A model generated the notes under the pieces. It did not search any database, was not told the origin of the DNA, and saw nothing but the letters and a program-made list of their open reading frames with translations. A program made the translations under genes and the position numbers. Source: a candidate division WOR-3 bacterium (lineage in GTDB: Bacteria > Hydrothermota > Tepidihabitantia > Tepidihabitantales > DTDR01). From it: DNA of 21,707 bases. The stretch lies in NCBI GenBank assembly GCA_039801885.1, contig JBDRVN010000026.1, positions 1-21,707 on the forward strand. Reading direction: 5' to 3'. Every line of letters starts with the position of its first letter. The stretch's first letter is position 1. Positions 8,292-20,065 of this stretch are shown here, in pieces.

Positions 8292-9238
8292 AAAAAATTG
8301 GTATAATCTCGTGGCAAAAGGATAGTCAATATGCTTATTCTTTGGCTTCCGCTCTCGCTGGAGATTTAATAAAGATATCGACAAGAAATAAATTTGATTA
8401 TTTTTTAAACTTTATAAAAACCTTAACAATTATAAATAAGAAAAAATATAATTTCTTTATTTTAGAAATTCCGCCGATTTATCTTAGTTATTTAATCTTT
8501 TTTTATAAGAAAAATGTGATGATTATTTCTCATTCTAATGTTTTTCTTTTAAACAATTGGTGGCACAGATTACAACGGTGTCTTTTAAAATATTTTTTAA
8601 AAAAAACTAAGGGGTTGATTGTTCATAATGAAAAAATTTTGGAATTATTAAAAAATTATTCAATACGAAAATTAGTAATTGAACCGCCCCCCCGGAAATT
8701 AAAAATTACCCAACTTTTTGAAAAAAGAGAAGGGGATTCTATAAAAGCTTTGATAGTTTTATCTTTCAGTCCGGATGAGCCAATTGAAGAATTAATAGCC
8801 GGTTGTAAAGAATTAACAAATATAAATTTTTATTTAACTGGTGATTATTCAAAATTTCCGAATTATAAAAGAGTTAAAGAAATTAGAAATATTACTTTTA
8901 CGGGATATTTAAAAAAAGAAGATTACGAAAAATTGTTGTCTTCGGCAGATTTCGTTATTGGTCTTACTACCCGAGATTACACTACTCTGCAGAGTGGTTA
9001 TGATGCCTTAGGTGGAGAAAAACCTTTTTTGACTTCTGATAAAGAAGTTTTAAAAGAATATTTTTTTAAAGGAGCAGTTTTTGTAAAAAATGAAAAAGAA
9101 GATATCAAAAGGGGAATAAAAAAGATTTTAGAGCAATATGAAGTTTTGGAATCAGAAGTTAAAGAATTAAAAAAAATAAAAATAAAAAAATGGGAAGAAA
9201 ATATAAAAACTTTAAGAGAAATTATTGATGATTGTTAG
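8288..9238 (+). CDS. GT-B fold glycosyltransferase
   Basis: NITFTGYLKKEDYEKLLSSADFVI and DALGGEKPFLTSD match the GT-B C-terminal nucleotide-binding domain. Located in a polysaccharide cluster. Confidence 0.8.
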   Translation: MKKIGIISWQKDSQYAYSLASALAGDLIKISTRNKFDYFLNFIKTLTIINKKKYNFFILEIPPIYLSYLIFFYKKNVMIISHSNVFLLNNWWHRLQRCLLKYFLKKTKGLIVHNEKILELLKNYSIRKLVIEPPPRKLKITQLFEKREGDSIKALIVLSFSPDEPIEELIAGCKELTNINFYLTGDYSKFPNYKRVKEIRNITFTGYLKKEDYEKLLSSADFVIGLTTRDYTTLQSGYDALGGEKPFLTSDKEVLKEYFFKGAVFVKNEKEDIKRGIKKILEQYEVLESEVKELKKIKIKKWEENIKTLREIIDDC

Positions 9239-10601
9239 AAATTTTCTTTTCTTAGGCGTTAGTGAAATATTAGGAAAAATTTTCTCTTTTTTGGCCATTC
9301 TTTATATAACTCGAAAGATTAGTTTGATAAATTTTGGTGGGATAAATTTTGCTCTTAGTTATATTAATTATTTTTCTCTTTTAACTAATTTGGGATTATT
9401 AATTTACGGAATAAGAAAAATCGCCCAAGGGTTTGAGATCAAAGAGATTGTTGATAAAATTTTCTCTTCCCGATTGTTGTTAGGAATCTTGGCTACTTTT
9501 TTGTCAATTTCTTTTATTAGCATTTTAAAAGAAGATATTATTCTGAAAAAATTAGTTTTTATTTATTCATTATTTATTTTATTTGATGCAATAAGTTTAG
9601 AATGGTTTTTCTTAGGCAAAGAAGAGATAAAATTTTGTGCCCTAAATCGTTTTTTGGTTAATTTTCTTTATTTTCTATTGCTATTAAATTTTTTAAAAAG
9701 TGATAGGGAAATTCTATTTATTCCCTTTTCTTTTATCTGCGGAAATTTTGTTGGTGCTTTAATGCTTATATATTTCTATTATAAAAAGTTTTATAAAATT
9801 AGTTTTCGATTAAATATTAAAGAAAAATTCTCTTTATTAAAAGAAACCTTACCCTTAGGGATAGCGCAAATTTTAATTCAAATTTATACCCTTTCCAGTA
9901 TAATTTTTTTGGGATTTTTTAAAATGAAAAAAGAGTTAGGATATTATAGTAGTGGATTTCGGGTTCTCTTGATATTAATGATTTTTGACCGGATATTTAA
10001 CCAGATTACTTTACCTTTTTTAACAAGAAAATTTCAAGAAAAAAAAATTGCTTTGTTAGAAAATATTACAAGATTAGTTTTATTTTTCTTATTACCTATT
10101 ACTTTTTTCCTCTTTATTGTGAGCGATAAATTATTTCTTTTTCTCTTTCCAATAGAATATTTCCCCGGGACGAGAGTTTTTCAAGTTCTTTTGGGATTTT
10201 TTATCTTTACTATCCTTAATTCAATTTTCTCATTAAGTTTGATTGCTTTAAGAAAAGATAGGCAATACTTTAAAAATATTTTTATCGGCACTCTTTTCAA
10301 TTTTTTAATGGTAATTATTCTGACAAAAATCTTCTTCCATTTCGGAGCTGCCCTTTCACTTTTGTTAACCGAATTTTTAATTTTTCTCCTGAATTTTCAG
10401 GCGCTACGAAGTTTTTACCGGTTTAAATTTTTAACCTGTTTACCTTTGCCATTACTTTTGACTTTTTTAACCGTTTTGCCAATTTTCTTCTTTAAAGGTC
10501 TTCATCTATTTATTTTAATTATCATATTTTTAATAATTTATTTTAGTTTATCTTTAATATTTAAAAAAGAATTAAAGAAAGATTATTATCTATTAAAATG
10601 A
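9228..10601 (+). CDS. Wzx/MOP-family polysaccharide flippase
   Basis: Highly hydrophobic multi-TM protein with RNFLFLGVSEILGK and ELGYYSSGFRV motifs. ATG at 9228 preferred over TTG at 9225. Confidence 0.85.
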   Translation: MIVRNFLFLGVSEILGKIFSFLAILYITRKISLINFGGINFALSYINYFSLLTNLGLLIYGIRKIAQGFEIKEIVDKIFSSRLLLGILATFLSISFISILKEDIILKKLVFIYSLFILFDAISLEWFFLGKEEIKFCALNRFLVNFLYFLLLLNFLKSDREILFIPFSFICGNFVGALMLIYFYYKKFYKISFRLNIKEKFSLLKETLPLGIAQILIQIYTLSSIIFLGFFKMKKELGYYSSGFRVLLILMIFDRIFNQITLPFLTRKFQEKKIALLENITRLVLFFLLPITFFLFIVSDKLFLFLFPIEYFPGTRVFQVLLGFFIFTILNSIFSLSLIALRKDRQYFKNIFIGTLFNFLMVIILTKIFFHFGAALSLLLTEFLIFLLNFQALRSFYRFKFLTCLPLPLLLTFLTVLPIFFFKGLHLFILIIIFLIIYFSLSLIFKKELKKDYYLLK

Positions 10602-11962
10602 GAAATAAAGAAATAGAAATCTTGGTGAATGAAAAAGACTTGGGTTTTTTGGAAGTTTTAAGAATGGAGCGTCCTTACGGATTTAAAATTGTGAAAGAGG
10701 AGTTGAAGAGCAATATTGAAGTTTATTACCAAAAAAGAAAAGTCGGTGAGATTTTTGATACTACTAAATTAAAAAACCATCTCAAAGAAATAAAAATAAG
10801 AAAGAAATATTTAAAATATTTTCTTCCGGAAAAAGAGCCAATATATTTTGGGATTGAGATTATTGATATTTTTGATAATCTTTTTTTCCTGAGTAAAACA
10901 AAGAAAATTGTTTATTTTTTAGAGGATAGTAAAATTTATCTTCCTTTTTCCCTAAAAGATTTATTGAAAAATATTGAAATAAAAGCAAAATATTTTTACT
11001 TTTCTCTTTTAAAATTTCCGTACGAATTTGTTAATAAAATAAATAAAAGTGCTTTGCGGAGATTAGTAATTAATCTAATAATTAATATTTTTCTAAAAAA
11101 TAAAATCCCTTATTATTTTTTGCCTTATTTTCCTGATAACTACTCAACAGTATTTCTTTTTAGAATTGACGGTGATTTTGCTACCTTAAAAGAGGTAAAA
11201 AAAGTTTTTGAACTTTTAAGTAAAGAAAATATTAAATTTACTTTTTTTATCGATGTAAAATCAAGTGAAAAATTTTTAGATTTTTTTAGAGAGAAAAGTA
11301 AAGAAAAATTTGATATCCAACTCCATTCTTATTATCACTATGTTTATAAAGAAAAGGATAAAAACTTAGATAATTTAGCCGTCGGTAAAGAAAAATTAAA
11401 AGAAGCAGGAATAGAGATCAAAGGTTTTGCCGCTCCTTTTGGAGTATGGAATTATTCTTTGAATGAAGTTTTAGAGGAACTTAATTTTTCTTATTCCTCA
11501 GAATTTAGCTTTGATTACGATGATTTACCTATCTTACCAATTATTGAAAATAGGTTTTCTAAAGTTTATCAAATTCCTTCCCATCCAATTTCTGTTGGTT
11601 GTTTAAAGGCTTTAAATTTGTCTTCAAAAGAGATGGTAAAATATTATCAGGAATACATATTAAAAACCTATGAAAAGGGATATCCAATTGTTTTATATGA
11701 CCATCCTCAGAGAATTTTAGAATTCTGGGAGATTTTTAAAGAAGTCTTTGATTTTATTAAAAATTTTTCTAATATAAAGATGATGAATTTCAGTGAATTT
11801 TTTGAATGGTGGCAAAGAAGAGAGAAAATGGAAAATTATCAAGAGAAAAAAATGGATTTACCAAAAATAGAGTCTAAAATGAAGTATATTAGGAGAAATG
11901 AATTTTATTTGAAAATAAAAAGTTTAATTCTTTCCTTTCATCGTTTTCGAAAAAGAAGATGA
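10598..11962 (+). CDS. Polysaccharide deacetylase (CE4/NodB-like) with N-terminal extension
   Basis: RIDGD, LHSYYH, GFAAPFG, YSSEF and LYDHP motifs correspond to the CE4 metal/catalytic motifs. Confidence 0.8.
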   Translation: MRNKEIEILVNEKDLGFLEVLRMERPYGFKIVKEELKSNIEVYYQKRKVGEIFDTTKLKNHLKEIKIRKKYLKYFLPEKEPIYFGIEIIDIFDNLFFLSKTKKIVYFLEDSKIYLPFSLKDLLKNIEIKAKYFYFSLLKFPYEFVNKINKSALRRLVINLIINIFLKNKIPYYFLPYFPDNYSTVFLFRIDGDFATLKEVKKVFELLSKENIKFTFFIDVKSSEKFLDFFREKSKEKFDIQLHSYYHYVYKEKDKNLDNLAVGKEKLKEAGIEIKGFAAPFGVWNYSLNEVLEELNFSYSSEFSFDYDDLPILPIIENRFSKVYQIPSHPISVGCLKALNLSSKEMVKYYQEYILKTYEKGYPIVLYDHPQRILEFWEIFKEVFDFIKNFSNIKMMNFSEFFEWWQRREKMENYQEKKMDLPKIESKMKYIRRNEFYLKIKSLILSFHRFRKRR

Positions 11963-13002
11963 GAATTCTTTTTGTTGCCTTTCCTGGTTTTCATCTTTTT
12001 GAAGGAGGGATAAAAACACAAGTTGTTGCTTTAAAAGAAGAACTTGGAAAAAATGGATTTAAAGTAAAAATCTTTTGCGAAGATTTTTTAAGTAAAGAAG
12101 ACTTTAAAAACTATGAGATTATCCATTTTTTTGGTTCAGGAATAAAAACTTTTCATCTTTTTCAAATAATAACTAATTTTAATAAAAACATTATTTTAAC
12201 ACCGATATTTTATTCCCAACATTCTGTTATTATTAATAAAATAGGGGTTGGTTTATTTACTTTTTTTTATAAATATTTTGGTTTTTATAACGAACATTTA
12301 ATCTTAAAGGAAATGGTAAAAAGGTCTAATTTGATAATCTGTAATACCTTTGCTGAAAAAGAGTTAATAAAAAAGATGTTTAATTTGGAAGAGAGAAAAT
12401 TCGCAGTACTACCTAACGGTGTAAATATCGATTTTTATGACGCCTCTCCCGAATTATGTTATGGGAAATTGGGATTAAAGGACTTTGTTTTATATGTTGG
12501 GCATATTGGTTACGAAAGGAAAAATCTATTAAGATGTTTAGAAGTATTAAAAAAGCTTAATCTTCCCAGTTTATTAGTAGGTAAAATTATTAAAAATAGA
12601 TATGGTGAAAAATGTTTATCATTAATAAAGAAGGCTAAAAATATCCATCTAATAGATGAATTGCCTCATAATTCAGAATTATTAAAATCTATCTATGCCG
12701 CTTGCGAGGTTTTTTTATTGCCTTCTTATTATGAAACACCCGGTTTATCAGCTTTGGAAGCGGGATTAGCCGGTGCAAAAATTTTAATTACTAAATATGG
12801 TGGCACAAAAGAATATTTTAAAGATTATGCCTTATATCTTAACCCTTATTCTAAGAAAGATATCGAAAAAAAATTAGTCCTGGCTTTAAAAAAAGAAAAG
12901 GATAACCTTTTAAGAGAACATATAAGAAATAATTATACTTGGGATAGAATTACTTTAAAACTAATAAAAATTTATGAAGAATTTTTAAAGGCTAACGGTT
13001 AA
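11959..13002 (+). CDS. Glycosyltransferase family 4
   Basis: GG in the N-terminal loop (FEGGIKTQ), LPNGV, and E-x7-E motif ETPGLSALE. Confidence 0.9.
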   Translation: MRILFVAFPGFHLFEGGIKTQVVALKEELGKNGFKVKIFCEDFLSKEDFKNYEIIHFFGSGIKTFHLFQIITNFNKNIILTPIFYSQHSVIINKIGVGLFTFFYKYFGFYNEHLILKEMVKRSNLIICNTFAEKELIKKMFNLEERKFAVLPNGVNIDFYDASPELCYGKLGLKDFVLYVGHIGYERKNLLRCLEVLKKLNLPSLLVGKIIKNRYGEKCLSLIKKAKNIHLIDELPHNSELLKSIYAACEVFLLPSYYETPGLSALEAGLAGAKILITKYGGTKEYFKDYALYLNPYSKKDIEKKLVLALKKEKDNLLREHIRNNYTWDRITLKLIKIYEEFLKANG

Positions 13003-13270
13003 TTTCTTTAATAATTATTAAGATTCCCAAAAGTATAAAAATTCCACCGCTAATAAATCTTAATAATCTTAAAGGAATTAGGCGAAAAAGATTATCACCA
13101 ATTAATACGGCAAGAAGAGTGCTTATTCCTAAAGCCAAAATAGCACTTAAAAAAACAAGAAAAGGCGATTTTACAGAAGCAGCAAAATTAAGAATAGATA
13201 ATTGGGTTTTATCACCTAGTTCCATCATAAAGATTGTTAAAAAAATTAAAAAGAACATTTTTATATTCAT
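12992..13270 (-). CDS. TMEM165/GDT1 (UPF0016) family cation transporter, single-repeat half-size form
   Basis: Signature ELGDKTQL, three TM segments, 92 aa. Confidence 0.9.
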   Translation of the reverse strand: MNIKMFFLIFLTIFMMELGDKTQLSILNFAASVKSPFLVFLSAILALGISTLLAVLIGDNLFRLIPLRLLRFISGGIFILLGILIIIKEINR

Positions 13271-13275
13271 AACTT

Positions 13276-13304
13276 ATTATAGGAGATTATTTTTTTAAAA
13301 TCAA
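13276..13304 (-). promoter_or_regulatory. Leaderless sigma70-type promoter for the UPF0016 gene
   Basis: Minus strand TTGATT (13304-13299), 17 nt, TATAAT (13281-13276). ATG follows 5 nt later. Confidence 0.7.
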
Positions 13305-13309
13305 TAAAA

Positions 13310-13337
13310 TTGATTTTTAAGATTTTTATTTTATAAT
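13310..13337 (+). promoter_or_regulatory. Leaderless sigma70-type promoter for thi4
   Basis: TTGATT (13310-13315), 16 nt, TATAAT (13332-13337). ATG follows 6 nt later. Confidence 0.7.
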
Positions 13338-13343
13338 TGAGTT

Positions 13344-14113
13344 ATGCTTGATGAGATAAAGATAACAAGAGCAATTATTGAAACTTATTTAAAGGATTTT
13401 AATAGATACTTGGAATCGGATGTAATTATTTGCGGTGCCGGTCCTGCTGGATTAGCTGCTGGTTATTATTTAGCAAAATCCGGCGTGAGAACAGTTATTT
13501 TAGAAAAACATCTCCGTCCCGGTGGTGGTTTAACTGGTGGTGGAATGATGTTTAATAAAATCGTCGTTGATGAAGAAGGAAAAAAAATTTTGGAAGAATT
13601 CGGTATTGGATATGAAAAATATGAAGAGAATTATTATGTGGTTTGTGCCTTGGAAACTTTGGGAGCCTTGGTTTATCAAACCCTTAAAAAGGGAGCAAAG
13701 ATTTTTAACTTAATAACAGTGGAAGATTTACTTTTTCATAACGGGAAAATTTTCGGAGTAGTTATTAATTGGACAGCGGTAAATTTGGCTAATTTACATA
13801 TTGACCCGATGACAATGCGGGCTAAATTTGTTGTTGATGCCACTGGTCATAACTGCGAATTGGTAAGAATTCTGGAGAAAAAGATGGGAGATATCCTTTT
13901 TACCCCGACAGGTAGAATTATTGGTGAAAAATTAATGGATGCCGAAAAGGGAGAGAAATTTACTGTAGAAAATACAAGAGAAGTTTATTATAATCTTTTC
14001 GTCTGCGGAATGGCAGTGAATGCGGTTTTCGGCGGACCACGAATGGGACCAGTTTTTAGTAGTATGCTCATTTCTGGTAAAAAGGTTGCAGAAATAATTA
14101 AAGAAAAATTAAG

Positions 14114-14117
<4 letters not shown>
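13344..14117 (+). CDS. thi4: Sulfide-dependent adenosine diphosphate thiazole synthase (Thi4)
   Basis: GAGPAG dinucleotide motif, [21 protein letters not shown] and GPRMGP. Confidence 0.93.
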
Positions 14118-16552
<2,435 letters not shown>

Positions 16553-16563
16553 ATTTACTCCTT

Positions 16564-17571
16564 TTAAAATTTAGTTAAAAAATTTTTTAAATCTTCAATT
16601 AATTCAATCTTTAAAGGGTCAATTTTTCTTTTTAATGCCCAGTGATAACTTATAAAATCACCAAGCATAATTAGAGAGAAGATATTAAGAAAGTTATTTT
16701 TACTAAAAGGGGTTATTAACAAATGAGAGATTTTTTTCTCTTTTAACAGTTTTAAAAGAAAATTTATTCTAAGAAGATTTCTTTTATAGGATATTGGATT
16801 TTTTAAAATAAAGGTAAAAAGATTATTTTTTAGATATTCTAAAAAAGGAAGGGCGTTTATTTCGTTATGGTTCTGTTCGGGAAGATAACTATAAAATGCC
16901 AAAATTTTAGTATTCTCATTAAATTGATTTTTCCAGCGATAAGCGATTGGGAAGTAAGGATAAGAATCAGCAATTATGTAAGGAATTTTATTCTCCACTG
17001 ATTTTATAATTCTTTTTGCCTTTTTATTTAATTTCTCTCTTATCTCTTTTAGATATAGAATTGTCTTTTTTATATCTGACTGACAGTTGGGAATAATTTT
17101 TAGATAGCTCAAAGTTAACAAAATGGGAATGGTTAAATAAGCTAAAGCCTGCCGGGGTGGATAATTTGGGGGTAAAGGAAATAATAAATCATTATTCTTT
17201 TCGGATAGATTTTTTAAAGTGCCGCCCGAAGTAATAACAATTAAAGGGATATTCATTTTTTTTAGTTGCCGATAATTAAAAATTGTTTCTTCCGTTTCGC
17301 CTGAATAACTGACAATGAAATAAAGGGAATTTTTGTTACCAAAAAAGGGCAATTGATAATCTTTTATTACCCAAAGAGGATATTTCAAAAAAGGATAAGA
17401 TAGACTAAAAGTAATATCACCAGCAATACCACTGCCACCCATTCCAGTAATAATAATTTGATTAATATTATTAATCTTATTTAGAAAAGACTTTCTTTCT
17501 TTTAGTGATCGGGAAGAAAGTTCTAAGGATTCTTTTAATTGCTCAGGAAAATGATAGATTAAATTAAACAT
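16564..17571 (-). CDS. Bifunctional phosphoglucose/phosphomannose isomerase (SIS family)
   Basis: GMGGSG, SYSGETEET, RWKNQFNENTK and PEQNHNE motifs. Confidence 0.9.
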   Translation of the reverse strand: MFNLIYHFPEQLKESLELSSRSLKERKSFLNKINNINQIIITGMGGSGIAGDITFSLSYPFLKYPLWVIKDYQLPFFGNKNSLYFIVSYSGETEETIFNYRQLKKMNIPLIVITSGGTLKNLSEKNNDLLFPLPPNYPPRQALAYLTIPILLTLSYLKIIPNCQSDIKKTILYLKEIREKLNKKAKRIIKSVENKIPYIIADSYPYFPIAYRWKNQFNENTKILAFYSYLPEQNHNEINALPFLEYLKNNLFTFILKNPISYKRNLLRINFLLKLLKEKKISHLLITPFSKNNFLNIFSLIMLGDFISYHWALKRKIDPLKIELIEDLKNFLTKF

Positions 17572-19318
17572 AAGAGTATTTTTCTAAAAAGATTCCTTCT
17601 TTTTTGAGTCTTTTTTTAAGGTATTTTATTACTTCGGCAACCGTAGAGAAGTTTATCACTTTTTCGGCAATCTCTTTACAGAAATCGGTATTCAAAAAGG
17701 AAATAAGTTCTTTCGCATAAGGGATAAATTGGGGTGCCATAGATAGTTCATCAATTTCCATACCAAGAAGAATAATTGTTCCCAAAGGTTCGCTTGCCAT
17801 CTCACCACATAAGCCTACCCAGATGCCATTTTTATGGCCATTTTTTATTGTCTCTTTTATCAATTTTAAAACTGCCGGATGATAATGGTTGAAAAGATTG
17901 CCAATTTTTTCATTTCCCCGGTCACATGCCAAGGTATATTGGGTTAAATCGTTAGAGCCGATGGAAAAGAAATTACAGAGCTTGGCAAGAACATCAGAAA
18001 GAAGAACAGAGGAAGGAGTTTCTATCATAATCCCTAATTCAATATTCTCATCAAAATCAATATTCTTGTTTTTAAGTTCTTCCTTTAAGTCATTTAAAAT
18101 TTTCTTGGTTTTAATAATTTCATCAATATTACTCACCATTGGTAGCATTATTTTGATATTTCTTGTTTGGGAGGCGCGTAGAATTGCTCTTAATTGGGTT
18201 TTAAAAAAATCTAAATTACTTAGACAGAATCTTATTCCCCGCCAACCTAAAAAAGGGTTATCCTCAAAATAACCAGGAATTATTTTATCACCTCCCAAAT
18301 CAAAGGTTCTAATGATAACAAAATAGGGCTTCATCTTTTCGGCCACCTCTTTATAAAGCTGATATTGCTCTTCTTCGCTGGGTAATTCTCTTTTCGATAA
18401 GAAGAGATATTCGGTTCGAAAAAGGCCGATTCCCTTTGCTCCGTATTCTTTAGCAATTATTGCTTCATAAACAAATTCAATATTGGCGGAGATATCAATA
18501 TATTTTCCATCTTTTGTTTTTGCTTCCCTTTCACTTTTGGCGATAATCATTTTTTTTCTTTTTGTTATTTCTTCTTTCTCTTTTTCATAGAATTTTATTC
18601 TCTTTTCCGTCGGATTAAGAATTACCATTCCTCGGTTGCCATCAATGATTGCTTTTTGGACATTGGCACTAAAATGCAAAAGATTTTCTACGCCCACTAC
18701 TGTCGGTATTTCTTTTGCTTTTGCCATTATTGAGATATGAGAAGTCTTACCACCCATTTCTAAGGCAATTCCCATGATATATTTTTTATCCAAGATTGCC
18801 ATATTCATTGGCGAAAGAGATTGGGCAAAAATAAGACATTTTTCAGTTGGTTGAAGAAGGGAAAATCCCTTTTTACTATCTTTTAATTTTTCAATAACAT
18901 AGAGACAGATATCAAAGATTTCCAAACTTTTATCAATAAAGACCGAATGAGCCTTGCTTGCTAAATTTTGATAATATCTTTTGATAATTTCCGAATAGGC
19001 ATATTCCGCAGATACCCTTTCTTTTTCAATAAAATCCTTGGTTTCTTTGATTACGGTTTCGTCGGTAAGAAAGGCAATTTGAATTCTAATAAATTCGGCA
19101 ATATCCTTGCCCATTTCGTCTCTTACTTTTTGGTAAATCCTTTCAAAATCTTCTCTACTTAAAGTAATTGCTTTTTCAAATCTTTCTAATTCCTGGGGAA
19201 TTTCATAAGGCATCTTTTCTTTTCTTTCAATAACCGGTAATTCGGGAAGATAAATTTTTATTTCACCGTAACTAAAATCACCGTTTACCGGAATACCTCT
19301 TAAAATCCTTTCTTTCAT
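17564..19318 (-). CDS. ptsI: PTS enzyme I, phosphoenolpyruvate-protein phosphotransferase
   Basis: GGKTSH phospho-His, GLFRTE, RTFDLGGDK, EDNPFLGWRGIR, SIGSNDLTQY and CGEMA. Confidence 0.95.
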   Translation of the reverse strand: MKERILRGIPVNGDFSYGEIKIYLPELPVIERKEKMPYEIPQELERFEKAITLSREDFERIYQKVRDEMGKDIAEFIRIQIAFLTDETVIKETKDFIEKERVSAEYAYSEIIKRYYQNLASKAHSVFIDKSLEIFDICLYVIEKLKDSKKGFSLLQPTEKCLIFAQSLSPMNMAILDKKYIMGIALEMGGKTSHISIMAKAKEIPTVVGVENLLHFSANVQKAIIDGNRGMVILNPTEKRIKFYEKEKEEITKRKKMIIAKSEREAKTKDGKYIDISANIEFVYEAIIAKEYGAKGIGLFRTEYLFLSKRELPSEEEQYQLYKEVAEKMKPYFVIIRTFDLGGDKIIPGYFEDNPFLGWRGIRFCLSNLDFFKTQLRAILRASQTRNIKIMLPMVSNIDEIIKTKKILNDLKEELKNKNIDFDENIELGIMIETPSSVLLSDVLAKLCNFFSIGSNDLTQYTLACDRGNEKIGNLFNHYHPAVLKLIKETIKNGHKNGIWVGLCGEMASEPLGTIILLGMEIDELSMAPQFIPYAKELISFLNTDFCKEIAEKVINFSTVAEVIKYLKKRLKKEGIFLEKYSYV

Positions 19319-19575
19319 TTTGCCGAAAGAAATTTTTTTAAAGCACTAATTGCTTCTTGTTCATCAATACCATCTGCCTCTAATATGAGTTCGCAACCTT
19401 TTTCGGCTGCCAAGGTTAAAAGAGATAAAATGCTTTTACCATTCACCCAAATACCATCTTTACAAACTCTAATCTTGGATTTAAATCTTTCCGCAATCTT
19501 TACAAATTCCGCTGCTGGTCTCGCGTGTAAGCCAATTTCTAACTCTACCTTTACCTTTTCTCTAACCATTCCCAT
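19315..19575 (-). CDS. ptsH: Phosphocarrier protein HPr
   Basis: GLHARPAA and NGKSIL. Counting from ATG 19569 places His15 and Ser46 exactly. The start is ambiguous (TTG 19578, ATG 19575 or ATG 19569). Confidence 0.93.
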   Translation of the reverse strand: MGMVREKVKVELEIGLHARPAAEFVKIAERFKSKIRVCKDGIWVNGKSILSLLTLAAEKGCELILEADGIDEQEAISALKKFLSAK

Positions 19576-19583
19576 CAATAATA

Positions 19584-19611
19584 ATTATAATTATCAATAT
19601 TTAATATGCAA
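19584..19611 (-). promoter_or_regulatory. Internal sigma70-type promoter for ptsH operon, overlapped by a palindrome
   Basis: Minus strand TTGCAT (19611-19606), 16 nt, TATAAT (19589-19584). It ends 5 nt before TTG 19578 and 8 nt before ATG 19575. Confidence 0.5.
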
Positions 19612-20065
19612 GATTTAAGATTTTATTTATCAAGTCTTTAATACTTTTCACTTTAATAATTGGTAAATCTTTATTCCAGGTCTTTAAGCCGAATACTTTT
19701 TTATTATATTTTAAGGCAAAGGCAATCTCGGATAATGTTCCGTATCCTTTACCAATGGCAATAATCACATCGCTACTTAAAACAATCGCTAAATTTCTTG
19801 CTTCATTTAAACCAGTGGCTATTGGAATATCAATATACGGATTGGCAAAGGATTTATCATTATTTGGTAATATACCAATTGTTAAACCTCCTTCTTCTTT
19901 TGCTCCTTTGGCAACCGCTTCCATTACTCCCTCTAAGCCACCACATATCAAAATCCATTTTCTTTTACCAATCTCACGACCAGCTTTATAAGCAAGTTGA
20001 TAAATCTCTTTAGTGGGATTGCTTGTACCGATAACACCGACAAAAAATTTATTCTCTAACTCCAC
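19601..20065 (-). CDS. TIGR00725 family Rossmann-fold protein (LOG/SLOG superfamily)
   Basis: GVIG, CGGLEGVMEA, TIGILP, ARN and GYGTLSE motifs. GTG start overlaps the ade stop. Confidence 0.88.
   Translation of the reverse strand: MELENKFFVGVIGTSNPTKEIYQLAYKAGREIGKRKWILICGGLEGVMEAVAKGAKEEGGLTIGILPNNDKSFANPYIDIPIATGLNEARNLAIVLSSDVIIAIGKGYGTLSEIAFALKYNKKVFGLKTWNKDLPIIKVKSIKDLINKILNLAY

Noticed and set aside
10039-10047. A9 run in the flippase (and other A/T runs) as slippage sites
   Set aside because: Expected at this AT content, and the reading frames are intact.
13271-13343. TPP riboswitch upstream of thi4
   Set aside because: Only 73 bp, fully occupied by two promoters; no CTGAGA core.
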